Source: Geosiphon pyriformis uo1 (Eukaryota > Fungi > Glomeromycota). Taken from it: DNA of 64,000 bases. The stretch covers positions 286,688-350,687 of the forward strand of contig JAAOMT010000227.1 in assembly GCA_016748015.1 (NCBI GenBank). The letters are read 5' to 3'. The notes under the pieces were generated by a model that worked only from the letters and a program-made list of their open reading frames with translations, was not told where the DNA came from and searched no databases. The position numbers were made by a program, and so were the translations under genes. Below are positions 12,901-27,114 of this stretch, piece after piece; positions within the stretch are counted from its first letter, which is position 1, and every line of letters begins with the position of its first letter.

Positions 12901-15463
12901 AAACTTGTAAGAAAAACCAAAAGCTGTTCAAATAATATTGACATATTAAGATGACCAATTTTTATTATAATATATATATCATTATATAAAAATGTGATGA
13001 GATAAATATAATATGTTGCTCTATTAAGCTCTTATTAATATGATTTTTGATAAAAAAAAAACTGATATTAAAAATTTTACCAATGACTTAAAATTTGAAA
13101 ATATAAATCATGTTAAAAAAATCAATAGCATCTTTATTAAACACAGCTACTTGGACAAAATTAGTGCATAGATTATAGAGATTATTTATTTTTTCTTGCA
13201 CTTTTATCTTACTATATTCTTTGCTTGAACTCTAAGAAAATTGATTAGTAACATTAATAATGGCATCTAGTTGCTTGGCTTTCTGTTAACTTTTTATCTT
13301 TGAATTCTAGCACTTTTTCATTGAAATATTGCAAAAATACACTACAATCAGAATTCCCAAAAATTGGGCTAAAAATTGGATCTATGTAAATAGTATATAG
13401 TTTTATTTTTCTAATAGAAAATTTTAATATTATTGTTAATACTTTTGAATACTAATTGAAATGTATTAATACTATTAAATAACTTTTTTTTTTCTATAAT
13501 TTAGTCTACTTTTACATGTTTTCAATAGCCTGTATAATAGTGTACTCTCTATAAGCACAATTAATTATAAGCATTTTTTTTCTTTGTAGGTACTATAATA
13601 AAAAAGATATATATTTAAATTTTCTCTTTTTATCACATTAAATAAGAGCAAAAAAAACAAAATATTTTGACAATAGGAATAATTTTTAAGAAAACTTTAA
13701 TATCAAACTCTGTTTTGTACTTAGTAAGTTTTTGCATAATATTTTTGTATATCATATTCAATAATTTAACACAAAATATTTTAATCATTAAAAAACAATG
13801 TTATTTGAACTTTAATAAAAGAATATATTATAAAGATCTATAATATAAAATTAAAAAAGAGTTTGAAAATAGTAAAATAAAATAAATAAAAAAATAAAAG
13901 CATAAACAAATTTTAAAATAAAAAAATTGAAACATACAATATCTGTTGAACATGGCTTTCAAAAAAAAACCATTATTCTTTATTAATTTTAAGGATTTCT
14001 TCTTAAATATATGCTATTTTTAAAAAATATCTAAATTGTTTATGAACCATCTAAATTTTTTACAAGGCAAAAATCTTAATTACGACTTTACTATATTATT
14101 AATAATAATAAGACAATGAATTTGTATACTTGAAGTAACTAAATTAGAGTCTGCTTTATTATCAAAAATGTCTCCAATATTTCGAAGTAATGAATATAAT
14201 AAAAATAGTGGTAAATAAGTAGAATATTTTCTTGTCAAAAAATTAAGTGTCTAAAAAACAGAGTAAATTTTAATATCATTTTTCCTTTACTATGTTTTAA
14301 AAACAACTCATTGTCATTTATTTGAAATTTTTTTTTCTCATCAACATTTGTTTTTAACTACAAACCAACAAACAATGATTAAAAAATTGGTTAAAAGAAT
14401 CTGTTGTAATTTAAAATAAAAGGTTGAAAAAATTTATAATTGTACTTTTTTCTGTGCTAAAAAAGCTTGTTTTATTTTATTTTATTATATTAAAAATAGT
14501 ACAAAAATTTAAACCATTTTACTGCTCTAATTTACTTATCTTATTAAAAACATTACATTTTTCAAGACTGAAAATTTTGGAATCAATTGCATCAAATTTG
14601 CAGCTTTGAATAATATAATCCCAAAAAGAATATAGTTGGCTATTTTCTAAAAACTATAATTATTGAAACATAATAATTAATATTTGTGCTAATTAATTTT
14701 TTTATCCATACAAAAAAACAAAACATAATAATCTTTTAGTTTGAATCTTTCTATTGTAACATCTCTTTAGCCTTGTAAAAAAAATACTTTTGTCAAGCAT
14801 TATTAAGACTGGTTTATTTATCTAAAAAAAATGACAATATGATAATTTTAGTCTGGTTAAATCACAAAAAATGCCAATATAAACATTTTTCAAAAGAAAT
14901 TTTCTTAAAATACTTGATAAAAACTGTCAAAAATAGAAATAAAAAGTTACTAGTTCAATTATTTCTCTTGCCAAATAAGGTTTTTTTCTTTAATACTTAC
15001 TATTTTTACTAGAAAAGGTGTTAATAATTTTTTGTTATTAAGACTTTAAAATTTATAATTTCAAGATATTGGGCAAAACATATGCTTAAAAAAAAACAAA
15101 TTCAAAATAAAAACACAAAAAAAATACAGTTTAAAAAAAAACAAGCTTAAAAATAAATACACTCAAACATGTTTAAACATGTGAGATCTAAGATTATAAA
15201 ATTTTGTGTAAAATCAAATATTTTGTTTTGAATATTTTATTAATATAAATATTTATATAGTTATTTTATATGTTTACTTTAGATATTGTAAATTTCAACT
15301 GCTGTAAACTCTCTAAATATTATCAATAATACAATATACAATGTTATAAAAAATTTATTTATATTATATTGTTGTACTACCATAGAATAAACTCTAAAAA
15401 CCCCTATAGAATCAAAATTTTATTTCAAATTAAAGCACAAATCTGAATAAATGACTTATATAT

Positions 15464-16358
15464 TATTATAAATGATTATTTGAAGTCTGAAAACAAATAA
15501 CAAATCTGTAACTTAGTGCTTAATAGCTAATATTATTAATTATATTTGAAGATTTTCGTATTTAAAGGTGTTGGTTAAGTTCATTATATAATAAACAAAA
15601 ATTCAATAGTTGTTTTAATAGTCTTCCAGAATCACAATTTTGTTAATTTTTTTCTTGGCTTAATGACTGGCAATCTTCTAGTAAGTAATTCTTAATTTCA
15701 AGTATCTACTCTTTTGCAAAAGTTTTTTATCAGACAATTCTTGATTTTAGTAACTCAGTGCTTTAATCTTTTAATCAATTAGTAATTCTACAATAAACAA
15801 AACAAAATAAAAAAAATAAAATAAAAAAATAAAAAAAATAATAGAAAAAGAAAATAAAACAAGTCAAGACAAAAAAGAATTAGTATTCTATCAATAGCTG
15901 TGATTAAGAGCTATTAGTTCAGTGTAATTAAGTATTAGCAACTATTAATATGAATTTTTAATAGGAGAAAAATAAATTGTAAAGGTTTAATCAGTATTTT
16001 ATTAATATTTGATGTTTTTACTTCAAGTCATAGAATACTATTATATAAAGAAATAGATAAGAATTTGGATTTTTAATTGGGAATTCTACTTTTTTTGCTT
16101 CTAATACTACTGCTATATATACATAAATTTTGTTATATAAAATTTCTTGAATTTCTTAATTTTTTAGCCAAGAATCCTGGAATTTCTCAAAAGAAATCCT
16201 GAAATTCTGGAATTCTGCAATTTTTTATACTGAAATCTTGTAATTCTGAAATCTTACAATTTCTTTGAGAAGAATCCTGGAATTCTACTTTTATTATGTT
16301 TTCTTCTGATTGGCTAATTTGTGTACTAATACATAATTCTTATATTATATAAGTAATA
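15464..16358 (-). repeat. 3' LTR of element A
   Basis: Collinear with 54838-55766; preceded on the minus strand by PPT TAAAAAGAGGAGATAA. Confidence 0.88.
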
Positions 16359-16371
16359 TTATCTCCTCTTT

Positions 16372-17003
16372 TTAATATTGAACTTTGTTAAAATCTATTT
16401 TATCTTCTAATTTTTCTTCTTTAATTAACTCTTAAACTTTTTTTATAAGAATTACTTAGGTTATTTTAATCTGTAATTCTTCAAATTAGGCATTGATTAT
16501 TTTTTTTATTGATTGATTGTAATTGTGTTCATTACTGGATAAAGTAGTATGGCTGATCAATCTTGAAATTCTGCATATAGCTGATATATGGCTTGTGCTT
16601 GTATAGACAGATTGTTCTTTTTTACAAATTGTTTTAGTTATTGTAGTATTATTATATTGAATAATTATTTTGTTTTATTAGTATATAAATTCTGAATATT
16701 GAGAGTCTGTTTCAAATAGTAATAGCAAAAGTTTTTTGGATATTGTTGTAACCATTAATTCCAAGTTTCTTTGATTACTTTTTGGTATAGTACAGTTGTT
16801 TTTGATGTTTCTATTAATAACTTTACTTTTGCTATTATTTTGTTTATGATATTTTCTAATTTTCTGTGTACTTTGCATTGGATTTTCTTTTGATTATCTT
16901 TGTATCAAATAGTTTATTAGTTAATAGTGATTTCCAGACTTGTTTGTTGAATCAATTAAAATAGTTGTTGTACAAGTAAATAGATGTCATTGGTAATTTC
17001 CAT
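16372..17003 (-). pseudogene. Element A ORF3 (unknown protein)
   Basis: aaaagATGGAAATTACC start at 17003; ends DFNKVQY* at the PPT; homologous to 35740-36369. Confidence 0.75.
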
Positions 17004-17059
17004 CTTTTATTGTTGCTTTTGGTTATGTCTATCATCTCTTTATATACTATTCTGTTTAA

Positions 17060-18436
17060 TCAATTTGATATTTTTGTATTAATGACTATGATTGGTTCAA
17101 GATCTTATGGAATTTCATCTGGTTGTACTAATATTTGTTGTACTCCTAGTTGTAGAATACTATTGGTAAATGCTAATGTGTAATAATAAAGTTTTAGTCA
17201 ATCATTATGTACTGCTTTGGCTAAGATTTTGTTGTCCCATCTTAGCTTATATGTTCCATTTCCCCAAATTTTTTCAATGTAGAATGATCTGTCCCATTTG
17301 GGATCAAATCTTCTACTCTATTGTTTTTCTGCTTTAATACAATATAGAAGTATTTTGTCTCTAATCCTGAATTCAACTAGTTTATTTGGTAATTAGTTAT
17401 CATGCCATTTTTTTTGTTTTGTTTGTGACTTTTAAATATTATCAGCTGCTTTTTGTCATTTGTTTTTTAGAGTTTCTATTAGTTTGTATGTTCTTCTTAG
17501 CAATATTTTTTGAAAATTAGCTTCATTTATTGGTTCAGTTAGATATGTTTTGACTTTTATTTCAACTGGTAATGTTGTTGTTCTATTATAAACAAGTTCA
17601 AATGATGTTGCTTGTATAGTATCTTGTTTTATTGTTTGATAAGTGAATAGTATTAATGGTATGCAAATCTCATTTATCCTGGTTTTTTTGACTGATTTTG
17701 GCTATTATTTCACACAATATTCTGTTGAATTTTTCAACTAAACTATTTGTTTGTAGATGATATAATAAAGATAATAGTCTTTTGATTCCAAATTTTTGAC
17801 TTAATTCTGTTAGTGTTCTGTTTACAAAGTGAGTTCCTTGATTAGATAACAATTTTTTTGGACATTTATGTCGACAAATTAGATTTTAATGAATAAATTC
17901 TGCTATGGATTCTGCATCTGCTCTTTGAATTGCTTTTGCTTCTGGCTATTTAGTGAGATAATCAATGGCTACTGCAATATATTTATTTCCTCTGCTAGTT
18001 ATTGTTAATAGTCCAACTAAGTTAATTCTAATTCTATCAAATAGTTGTTCCACATTAATTGGTTTTAGTAGTTTACTGGGTCTTGTTTCTCCTCTTCTTT
18101 AACAAGCATTACAATTTTGAATATATTGGATGATATCTAAATATATTGATGGCCAGTAATATTTCTTTTTGGTTCTTTCCATGATTGTTTCTTTATGAAA
18201 ATGTTCTGTTGTCAGATCTAAGTGCATATTATATAGTATTGTTTCTTTCTCTGGTTCTGTGATTACTCTGAGTAATTAATCTGGATTTTTTCTGTTTTTT
18301 TAATATAATATATTTTGGTGAATGATAAAATATTTTGATTGTTGTTTTATGTTGTTTTGTTTTTTTTGAGATAATTTTTTTTGAACTGCTGGATATTAAT
18401 ATAATATTAGAGTTGTTAATATTTTTGTGCATCTAT
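17060..18436 (-). pseudogene. Element A integrase ORF (decayed)
   Basis: LSNQGTHFVNRTLTELSQKFGIKRLLSLLYHLQTNSLVEKFN (rve core); start decayed ATG>ATA at 18436; same 1377-nt length as the IN ORF of C. Confidence 0.85.
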
Positions 18437-18466
18437 CTTTTGTTATATTTTTGAGTTGAAATGTTC

Positions 18467-21400
18467 TTAAATTTGTTTTATTTGTGACAAACTGTTAGCA
18501 TTTTTATTTTCTTTTCTCTTTTTATAATATACAGTATATTTAAATAATAAAAGTTCTATTTTCTATCTGGCATAATAATTATTTCCAAATTTTTGCTTCT
18601 GAATTGATGTCAATTTTTTGTAATCAGTGTATATTTCAAACTTTTGGCTTAAATACTCTTTCCATTTTATAACTGTCTAATAAATAGCTAAGTGTTTTAA
18701 TACTAGTGTTTCATAATTTTTTTCTGCTGGACTCAAACTTTGGCTGGCATATACTACTAGATGTTCTCATCTATCTGGTTTTTTCTGAAATAGTATGACT
18801 TCTAATGTTTAACCAAATATATTGGTAGTAATGCTAAATGGCTTGCTGTAATCTAAATAGATCAATACTGGTGCTTGAATAAGTTTTTTTCTTAAAATAT
18901 TAAAAGCTTTTTGTTGAGCCTCAGTTTATTTATATTTCATATTTTTAGTTTGGAGTTGGTGAAGTAGTTGAGTCAGTTTAGAAAAGTTTTGGATAAAATA
19001 GTAATAATATCCAGCAAATCCTAAGAATGCTTATAGTTCTGTCAAGTTTTTTGGTACTAGAAAGTTCTTTATTATCTCAATTTTATCTGGATCTGTTTTA
19101 ATGCTATTTTTGTTTATAATATGTCTCAAGAATTTTAATTCTGTTTTGCCAAAGAAACACTTGTTTGCATTTAACTTTAATTCAGCTCTCTTTAATCTTT
19201 TAAACACTTACTAAAAATGGTGAAGATAGTCATTAAATGTTCTTGAAAATATATTTGTATTGTCCAAGTATATGACTACTAATTTTCATAGTAATTTGAT
19301 GTAAACAATTTCTATGAGTTGTTAAAAAATGGCTGGTATATTGGTTAAGCCAAATGGCATGATTTTAAACTTAAAATTTCTTTTCTTGATAATAAATGCT
19401 GTTTTTTCTTTGTCAGCTAGATTTATGGCTACTTGCCAGTAACCACTATTCAAATCCAGTGTCAAGAACTATTTTTTTTTTCAAAAGCATCAAATAATTC
19501 CTGAATCTGTGGAGTCAGATAACTGTCTCCATAAGTAATATTATTGAGCTTTCTGTAATCTACACAAAAGCAAATTTTCCCATTTTTTTTATAAACTAGT
19601 ACTACTAATAATGACCATAGGTTTATTAATGGTTGAATTAACCTATTGTTCAATATCCAGTTGATTTTCTATTAAATAATTTCATGACTTGCTAATAGTA
19701 CTCTGTATGTTTTTTGTTTAATTGGCATTGTATTTTTTGTCTTGATCTGGTGCTAAATGATATTGGTTTTGCCAAATTTATTTTCACTGGCAAAGATATC
19801 AGTAAAATTGTTAAGTAACATCTTGAACTGCATTCATTAAAGTGGGTCTAAGTTTCTCAAGTTTATTTGTTCTAATTGTTTTTGTTAGAGCAAATAGTAT
19901 TCCTCTTATCTGTATATTGTTTGTGATGTGATATCTACATATCTACACAATTGTGCAAAATCTAGAATGGTGCTTGGTGGTTGGTCTTTAACTTTAGTGC
20001 TTAAGTATTTAATAGTAGTTTTTTTTTGTATTTCAATAGAGTTTCCAGTTGTATTGTGAATAGGAATTTTAATGTGTTTATGGTTTTTAGCTGGTATGTA
20101 GAAATTGGTAATAACAATCTCTTCTGATTCATAAATAGTAACTTCTGCTTCAAAAATTTGGGGTTGATCTCTTACTTTTTTTTCTATAACTACTAAATAC
20201 TAGTTATATGATAGAATAGAAATTGATTGATGAATGGAGATAATTTTTTTTTGTTAATAACTTTTTCCTCTGTTATGTTAACTGGTATATCTATTCTACT
20301 TGTGGATTCGAATCCATTTTTTCTTTTAACTGTAATCTCTAATTTTTTTCTTGTTCTTATTAATATTAACTGAGCTATTTTTATTAAAAATAAAAATATT
20401 GTCTCTGCTATCTTTTCATTTGGTTCAATAATATATGGTTTTTTTAAATTGTTTTGTAATATTGCAATGATATTTCTTATGTATTCTGCATCAATTATTC
20501 CTTCTCTAATGTTAATTTTTCTTTTTGCTAAACTAGATCTAGATGCTAATTAAACCATAGTTGTTGTTAGAATTTTTAGTACTACTTTTAAATCAATATA
20601 TATGTGTAAATATGGTTCTAATTTAATAATATCTTTTCTTGGATATCTTAAATCAAATCTTGCATCAGTATTATGTATTTATTCTGGCATAATATCTTTG
20701 TTGTTATCACTGAACTATTTTAGTTTCTGTTCTATTAACAAATCTGGGAATGCAATATATTGTTTAGAGTTATAATCAAAGTTTGAATCATTTTTGTCAT
20801 TGCCATAGTAAATGAAGTTGAAACCAATAATTGTTGTCATTATTGAAGTTTGAATCAGAGTTGAATTTTGATCCTGATTCTGCTGTACATTTGTTAATTA
20901 GTTTGTCTTTTTTGGAAATCAAATAAATCATTTATAATGGTAAATTGTAAATGAAGTCACAATCATTACAATACTAAAAGTTACATGGTATTAAACAATA
21001 ATCACATAATCAGGTGTTTAATTGTTCTAAATGCTGTTTTTGCTCCTTTTTAGTAGGTGCTAATTCTTAATAATATTTATAGAATTGTTTAGAATTTATT
21101 ATGTCAAAGATAATATTGGGATTTGGGACCCAAATAATCTTTTTTGGTTCTGGTGAGTTGCTTTTGATTATTTTGATTTCTTTTTGTGTCACACCTTTGA
21201 TTTTAGCAATAAACATTCTCCATATTTTGTCATTATTGTATGAACAATCATCTAAATGTTTTATAGCTCTTCTTTAAATAATATTTATGGGTGTTTTTTT
21301 CCTTACCCAATCACTGATCAAAATTATGTATTGACATAATTTGTCACATGTTTTTTTATGACCAGAAATGTTGTTTTATATTTCTTTGTCTAGAAAAGTT

Positions 21401-23538
21401 TCCTTACATATAAGACATAATTTATTGTCTCATTTTTTTTGTCTTTTTGGTTGTTTAAAGCATTTAAGAATGCATGAGTGGCAGTAATATTTAGTAACTG
21501 TTGGTTATTTCTCATTATTATAACAGTATGCACTCATTGATGACAGTTTCTTGTTACAATTAACACATACTAGGTTTGGTCAACAATAGTTGGAGCAATT
21601 AGTGTTATTTGGAGTATAAGTGAAGGTTGTGGCTTGGGATTTGTTTTTTTCTCTTTTCTTTCTATGTAAATATTAATAGTAGATTGTTGTGATTAGTGTT
21701 AGCCCATGAGACTTGATAGGCTTCCTAGGTAGATTTCTTTTCTTTTTCTTCTAATTCTATTAGTAATGTTAATATGTTGGGTTTGAAATATTCACAGGTT
21801 GCCAATACTTATGTATGCTGGCCATTCTAACTAAGCTAGAGTTTTTATATAGTCCAATTAAGTATTGTATTGGTCTTGGATAGACAGTTGTTACCAACTA
21901 GTGCTTAGTATTAGGTGGTATTCATCACAAGAACTTTTATAGATACAATGATACTATTGATTTCAAACAGAAAGTTGTCAATCTTACTAATAAAAGTTTT
22001 AGTTGCTCCATTAGCTGTAATAATTTTGGTGCTGGCAGTACAATCAATTCAGCAATTTAATTAGTCTATAAGTTGTCTGTTAACCTACTATTCAGGATTA
22101 GTTTAATGAATTGTCTATTGACTTTAGCATCAGTATACATTGCAGTAATAAGTTTAGTATTAAGAACAGCTTTACTAAATAAAAGTGTTGTTGTTGGCTC
22201 CTCAAGTTCAAAAAAAAATATTGCAGCTAGTAATTTGTTATTAGTAATGATTGCTGATAGTATGTTGCTAATGAATAAGTTATGGTTGGTTTTCAAGTTT
22301 TTGAATGAGGCATTTTCTGAAATAACTAACTTACTTAAATAGTTCTGAGAATTTAGGTTTTGGGTGTATTCTGTTTTCAAACTCTGCTGCTGCAATTCTG
22401 ATAGTTGGCTTGCTAAGCTAAAAATCAGTTGATACATTACTATTGCTGATTGCTAGTTTTGTTGAATATGTATTATTTTTGGTCTTGAGTTCTTGATTGA
22501 CACAGTAGTTTGAAGTGGTGTTTAAATTTGTTGAAACTGATAAATTATCTGGAGCTGTGACTAATAAATAAATTGTGATTACAGTTAATAAATTACTGGT
22601 GTAACAGTCTAATATACTTAAGGTGCATATATTGGTTGCCACGTCATTTAGGTGTAATAAGGTGAGTATTGATCTTAATTTAAGTAATAGCTTAGAGTTT
22701 GGAATCAGTAATTAAGGTTTTAATATTGATTTTTCAATTGTTGATTATTATTTCTGGTGTAAAAATTTATTTTCAAATAGTTTTGTTTCTTACAGTTGTA
22801 GCAAACACATGTCTCTGATTGCCATTGTTGATTTATTGAGAATAATAATAACAATGAAGGTGGTTGATGCTGGACTTGATTGGTATTTCCTGAATTGCAA
22901 TACTGTGGTGGCTGATAAATTGCCTAATTGTTAACTAAGTATCTTTTTAATTTCTAATTGATAGAATTGCTGAATTGCTTTAACTTAGAATCTAATTCAA
23001 ATAATCTATTCATTACTAAATTAATGGCTTGAGCATGGTTGGCTTCTAGTTCAGCTGATTCAAAATCTCTAACATGATTAACTGTGTCTTGAAGTGCATT
23101 TGGATACATTGGACATACTTATTGTAACAAACTGCTGTGTAGGCTTTAAATGAATTGATTTAAGATCTGTGGTGTTGTGAAATAGTCAGCTTCAATTGTT
23201 TGAATCTGGCACAGATTTTTGTAGAAACATTCCAAGTAAGTAGTGACTGCTTCAATATCTTCTTGCTTGATGATAGTAAAGTTAATAACTAAGCAATTGA
23301 TACTATTATAATTGCTAAAATATTATAGAAATGTGGCTTTGAACACATTAAAATTTTGGAATTTGTTTACAAGATTTTGGTACCACAAATTGGTTATATC
23401 TTAGAAAAAATATGGGATTGCTTGAAGAGCTCTAGCATCATTTCAATTATTAACTACAATTGCTTTGATAACATTATTTAATTATGCTTGGGTGTTGTCC
23501 TCTTTGTCTATGAATTTTTCAATTTTGGTAATTGGTGT
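18467..23538 (-). pseudogene. Element A gag-pol 3' part (capsid, zinc knuckle, protease, Cys-rich, dUTPase, RT, RNase H)
   Basis: ITAMYTDAKVNRQFIKLILNS (protease); KKNGKICFCVDYRKLN (RT); YLDN near 19262-19273; many stops. Confidence 0.85.
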
Positions 23539-24442
23539 TGTTACTCATAAAAAGAAAACAGATATAGAAAAATAGTAGACCAATAAATGAATAGTATTTT
23601 AGCATATGAGCATATTGCTCAGCAATGTAGAACAATGACAGAAATCATGACACATTGCTTAGCAATGTAGAACAATATCAAAAAGCATAGCATATTGCTT
23701 AGCAATGTGGAGCAATATTAGAAAATTAGGGCATATTGCTCAGCAATGTGAGTATTGCTTAAGAAAATCATAACACATTGCTCGAGAATATAAGTGATCT
23801 CATAGAACATCAATTATGTATATATAGCAGTAATATTAGAAGTAAAAAAAAAAAAATTGAGCAGTTAGAAACCATTCACATCACAAATATTAATAAATAA
23901 TTATTTACTATCTCAATTCACTTTTCACTATCAATATTTTATATTGATAGAGATTGATACTTAACCACACTAGAACAATAGCTCTTGATCATGGCTATTG
24001 ACAAAATATTAACTTACAAACACCTTGGCTTATCTTCTTTTTTTTTCTTTATTTTCTTTATTTTTTTTTCTTTTTTTGATTTTATTGTTGCTCACTAATT
24101 GACTAAGGATTAAAGCACTGAGTTATTGACATCAAGGATAGCCTAGTAAAAGACCCCAAAGGAAGAGTATAGGAATTGGGTACTTAAGGATAGCTTACCA
24201 GAAAAGCATCTCTGTCAAGTTTACCGGCCACTATGTTGAGAAAGAAATTCAATGGAATTGCAATTCTAGGAGACTACTAGAAAGATAACACTATTAAATC
24301 TCTGTCCATTATACAAAGAACTCCAACTCAAAACCTTTAGATAAAACAACACCTTCAGATATTACCAACAATATTATATTAATTGAGCACCAAGTTACAG
24401 GTTTGTTATTTGCTTTGAGATCCCAAATAATTATCTGTAACA
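23539..24442 (+). repeat. 5' LTR of element B
   Basis: TGTTAC...GTAACA termini; palindromic CACATTGCT-N-AGCAATGTG repeats in U3; GTATATATAG TATA-like box near 23818. Confidence 0.93.
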
Positions 24443-24444
24443 TT

Positions 24445-24460
24445 TGGTGCTCCCTGTGAG
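24445..24460 (+). promoter_or_regulatory. Primer-binding site (PBS) of element B
   Basis: TGGTGCTCCCTGTGAG lies 2 nt after the LTR. Equivalents at 27955 (C), 42352 (D) and ~54820-54835 (A, minus strand). Confidence 0.85.
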
Positions 24461-24503
24461 ATATAATCTTACAGAGAACAGCACCAACAACAAGCATCCA
24501 AAA

Positions 24504-27114
24504 GTGGCAGAACCAGAAATTATAGGAGCAAACCACTTAGGATTTGCCAAATTCTTGTTTCAACAGTACAGCCAACAATTGGAATTAAACAACAACCACT
24601 ATCCAGCAGAATCCACTTTCAACTTTTACGTCAACAATAAAATCACAGACTGCTTAGGAGGAACAGTTAATCTTGAATCTGCAAAAGAAAATTTCTATAT
24701 GGAATTATTTCAACATACCAGTTTACTAAGAAACTACAGTTTCACACCAATTATTAGAGAAATCAACCAGACTATTGAAAGATATACACAACAACAATTC
24801 CCAATTACTTATGCAGACAAAGGAAAGAGAAGACTACAAACATCAGCAATAACCCCAAAACAAATACAACTACTTATTTGAAAAAAAACCAGAGTTGAAT
24901 TACCAACCAATTCATCATACCATTATACATTAGGAAGTGCCATTAACATCTCATCAACAGACATGTCAACATTACACACAACATCAACATTTGAATGACT
25001 TTTATTTCAAAGTAAACAAAAGAAAGCAGAATTATTAGGAATCTACAGCAATTATTTTGAAGGATTTAAATCACAATTACCAACACCATTAGAATTCCAA
25101 TCACTGTCACCTCAACCAGATTTCAGAAACACAAGTCCCTAGAAGATAACAGAATCAAAAGAGAAAGAAAAAAAAGAAGCCGAAGATCAAAAATTTACTT
25201 ATCAGAAACCGATTGCAGAAAATCCAGACATTGAAACCCTGAACTTTCAAACTTAGTAAGATTTTAATTTGGAAAATCCAGAAATTGAAACTCCAAACTT
25301 TTAAACTCCTTAAGATCCAAACTTTACAAACCCTAATATTAATAATCAACAACACTTACCTCTAGTTATTGTAATCAATCCACTACCAGCTTCACCAATC
25401 ATCGAACAGCAACAACAACAGCCACTTTAACCATCTCAACAACCACAGCAGCCATTTTAACAGCTGCAACAACAACTTCAACAACCCAACTTGGATCTAA
25501 TGGTCTATGCTCCAACAGCAAAACTCGAGAAATTCACTGGCAAAGAAGATGATGCCCAGATCTGGCTTAACAATGTTGAAAAGACCATTACAGCCAATAG
25601 ATAAAATGACACAAAAGCCCTCCAAGCCATCCCTTATTTTCTACAGAATACCACCAACTCATGATATCAAAGTTTAGCCACCAAATCTCAGACATTCCAG
25701 AAATTCAAAATTGCATTCCTGTGATACTTTAGTAATAATAACAGTATTAATTGCCTAACAAATACTTTCACTACTATTAAGCAAGGAGAAAATGAAGCAG
25801 TCACTACTTACTTAGGATGCTTTCACAGAAATCTGCACCAAATCCAGGCCATACAGGCTGATTATTTCACAACACCACAAATCCTAAATCAATTCATCAG
25901 AGGTCTGTATAGTAGCATCCTTCAACATGTATACTCAATACATCCAGCAAACCTTCAAGCTGCAGTTACAAACACCAAAGACTTCAAAGCTGCTGAACTC
26001 AAGGCTAACCATGCCCAAGCCATAAATCTAGTAATGAATGGATCATCTGAATTGGATTCCAAATTGAAACAATTTAGTGATTCCATCAATCAGAAATTAG
26101 AGGAATACTTAGCTAACAATTGCACAATTTATCAACCACCACAACAACGCAATTATTCCAAAAATGTGAATTATTTCTAGAATCAGTCATGTCTAACATC
26201 CTTGACTAATCAGCAGTGGCAGCAGAAAACACATGCTTGCCACTATTGTAATAAACAAGAACATTTACAGTTTAAATGCCGTAAATGGCTAATTAAACAA
26301 AAATCAGGCCCTCAGTATTGAAACTCCAATTGCTGACTACAAACTCAAAATTACATCAGTAATCAATTACCAGAACAATATCAACCAAATTATGTATCTA
26401 TGACACAACTGCCAATCTATCAACTACCAATTTATTAGCCAACAACACCCATTATTTATCAATCACAGTTCTAACTCATTTATTAGCCACAGCTTTAGGT
26501 AATCTATCAGCTCCAACAAATTCAAATACTGCCACAGAACTTACCTCAAAACAGAACCCAAAGGCCAAGATTGACCCAACAAAGCTAGAGATCATTAATG
26601 GTAGTCCATCAACCAATCTCCAGTTCTTCCACACAACCAGCAGAATCTCAACAATAGAATTTGGGCACTGAGTATGTCCAAAACCCAAATTCCCAGAACT
26701 ATTTAAGTCTTCTGATTACTTCAAAAGATGCCCAACCCAATAATTTAAAAACCAACCAACAATCAACACTTATCAGCAATATCTCACCAGCAACTGTTAC
26801 CAATAATGAGTTACTCACAGCTATCTTTCCATTCAAACTTGAAGAACTGATATTTACATCCTTGTTCAGTGGAGCCACACTCAAGAAAAAACCAATCACC
26901 ATAATATACACTGATGCAAAAGTTGATGGCCATCCCATTAAATTGATCTTAGATAGTAGATTAGCTGGCAGCATTATCACAAGACAGCTCATGGACCAAT
27001 TAGGTCACTGAATTGATCGAGCTGCCAGTGCAAGGATAATTACAACTAATGGAGCAACCAAGACTCCAATTGATGAAATAGATAACTTGCTCATAAAAAT
27101 CAATGGCATCATGG
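24504..27114 (+). pseudogene. Element B ORF1 5' part (N-terminal extension, Gag, CCHC knuckle, N-half of protease)
   Basis: Frame runs from GTG 24504 to MVYAPTAKLEKF (25500); CHYCNKQEHLQFKC; PIKLILDSRLAGSII. Cut by element C. Confidence 0.87.

Noticed and set aside
5600-15460. Short ORFs (12740-12958, 14424-14609) and possible decayed gene or recombinase remnants in the AT-rich tract
   Set aside because: Low-complexity translations with no motif I can support.
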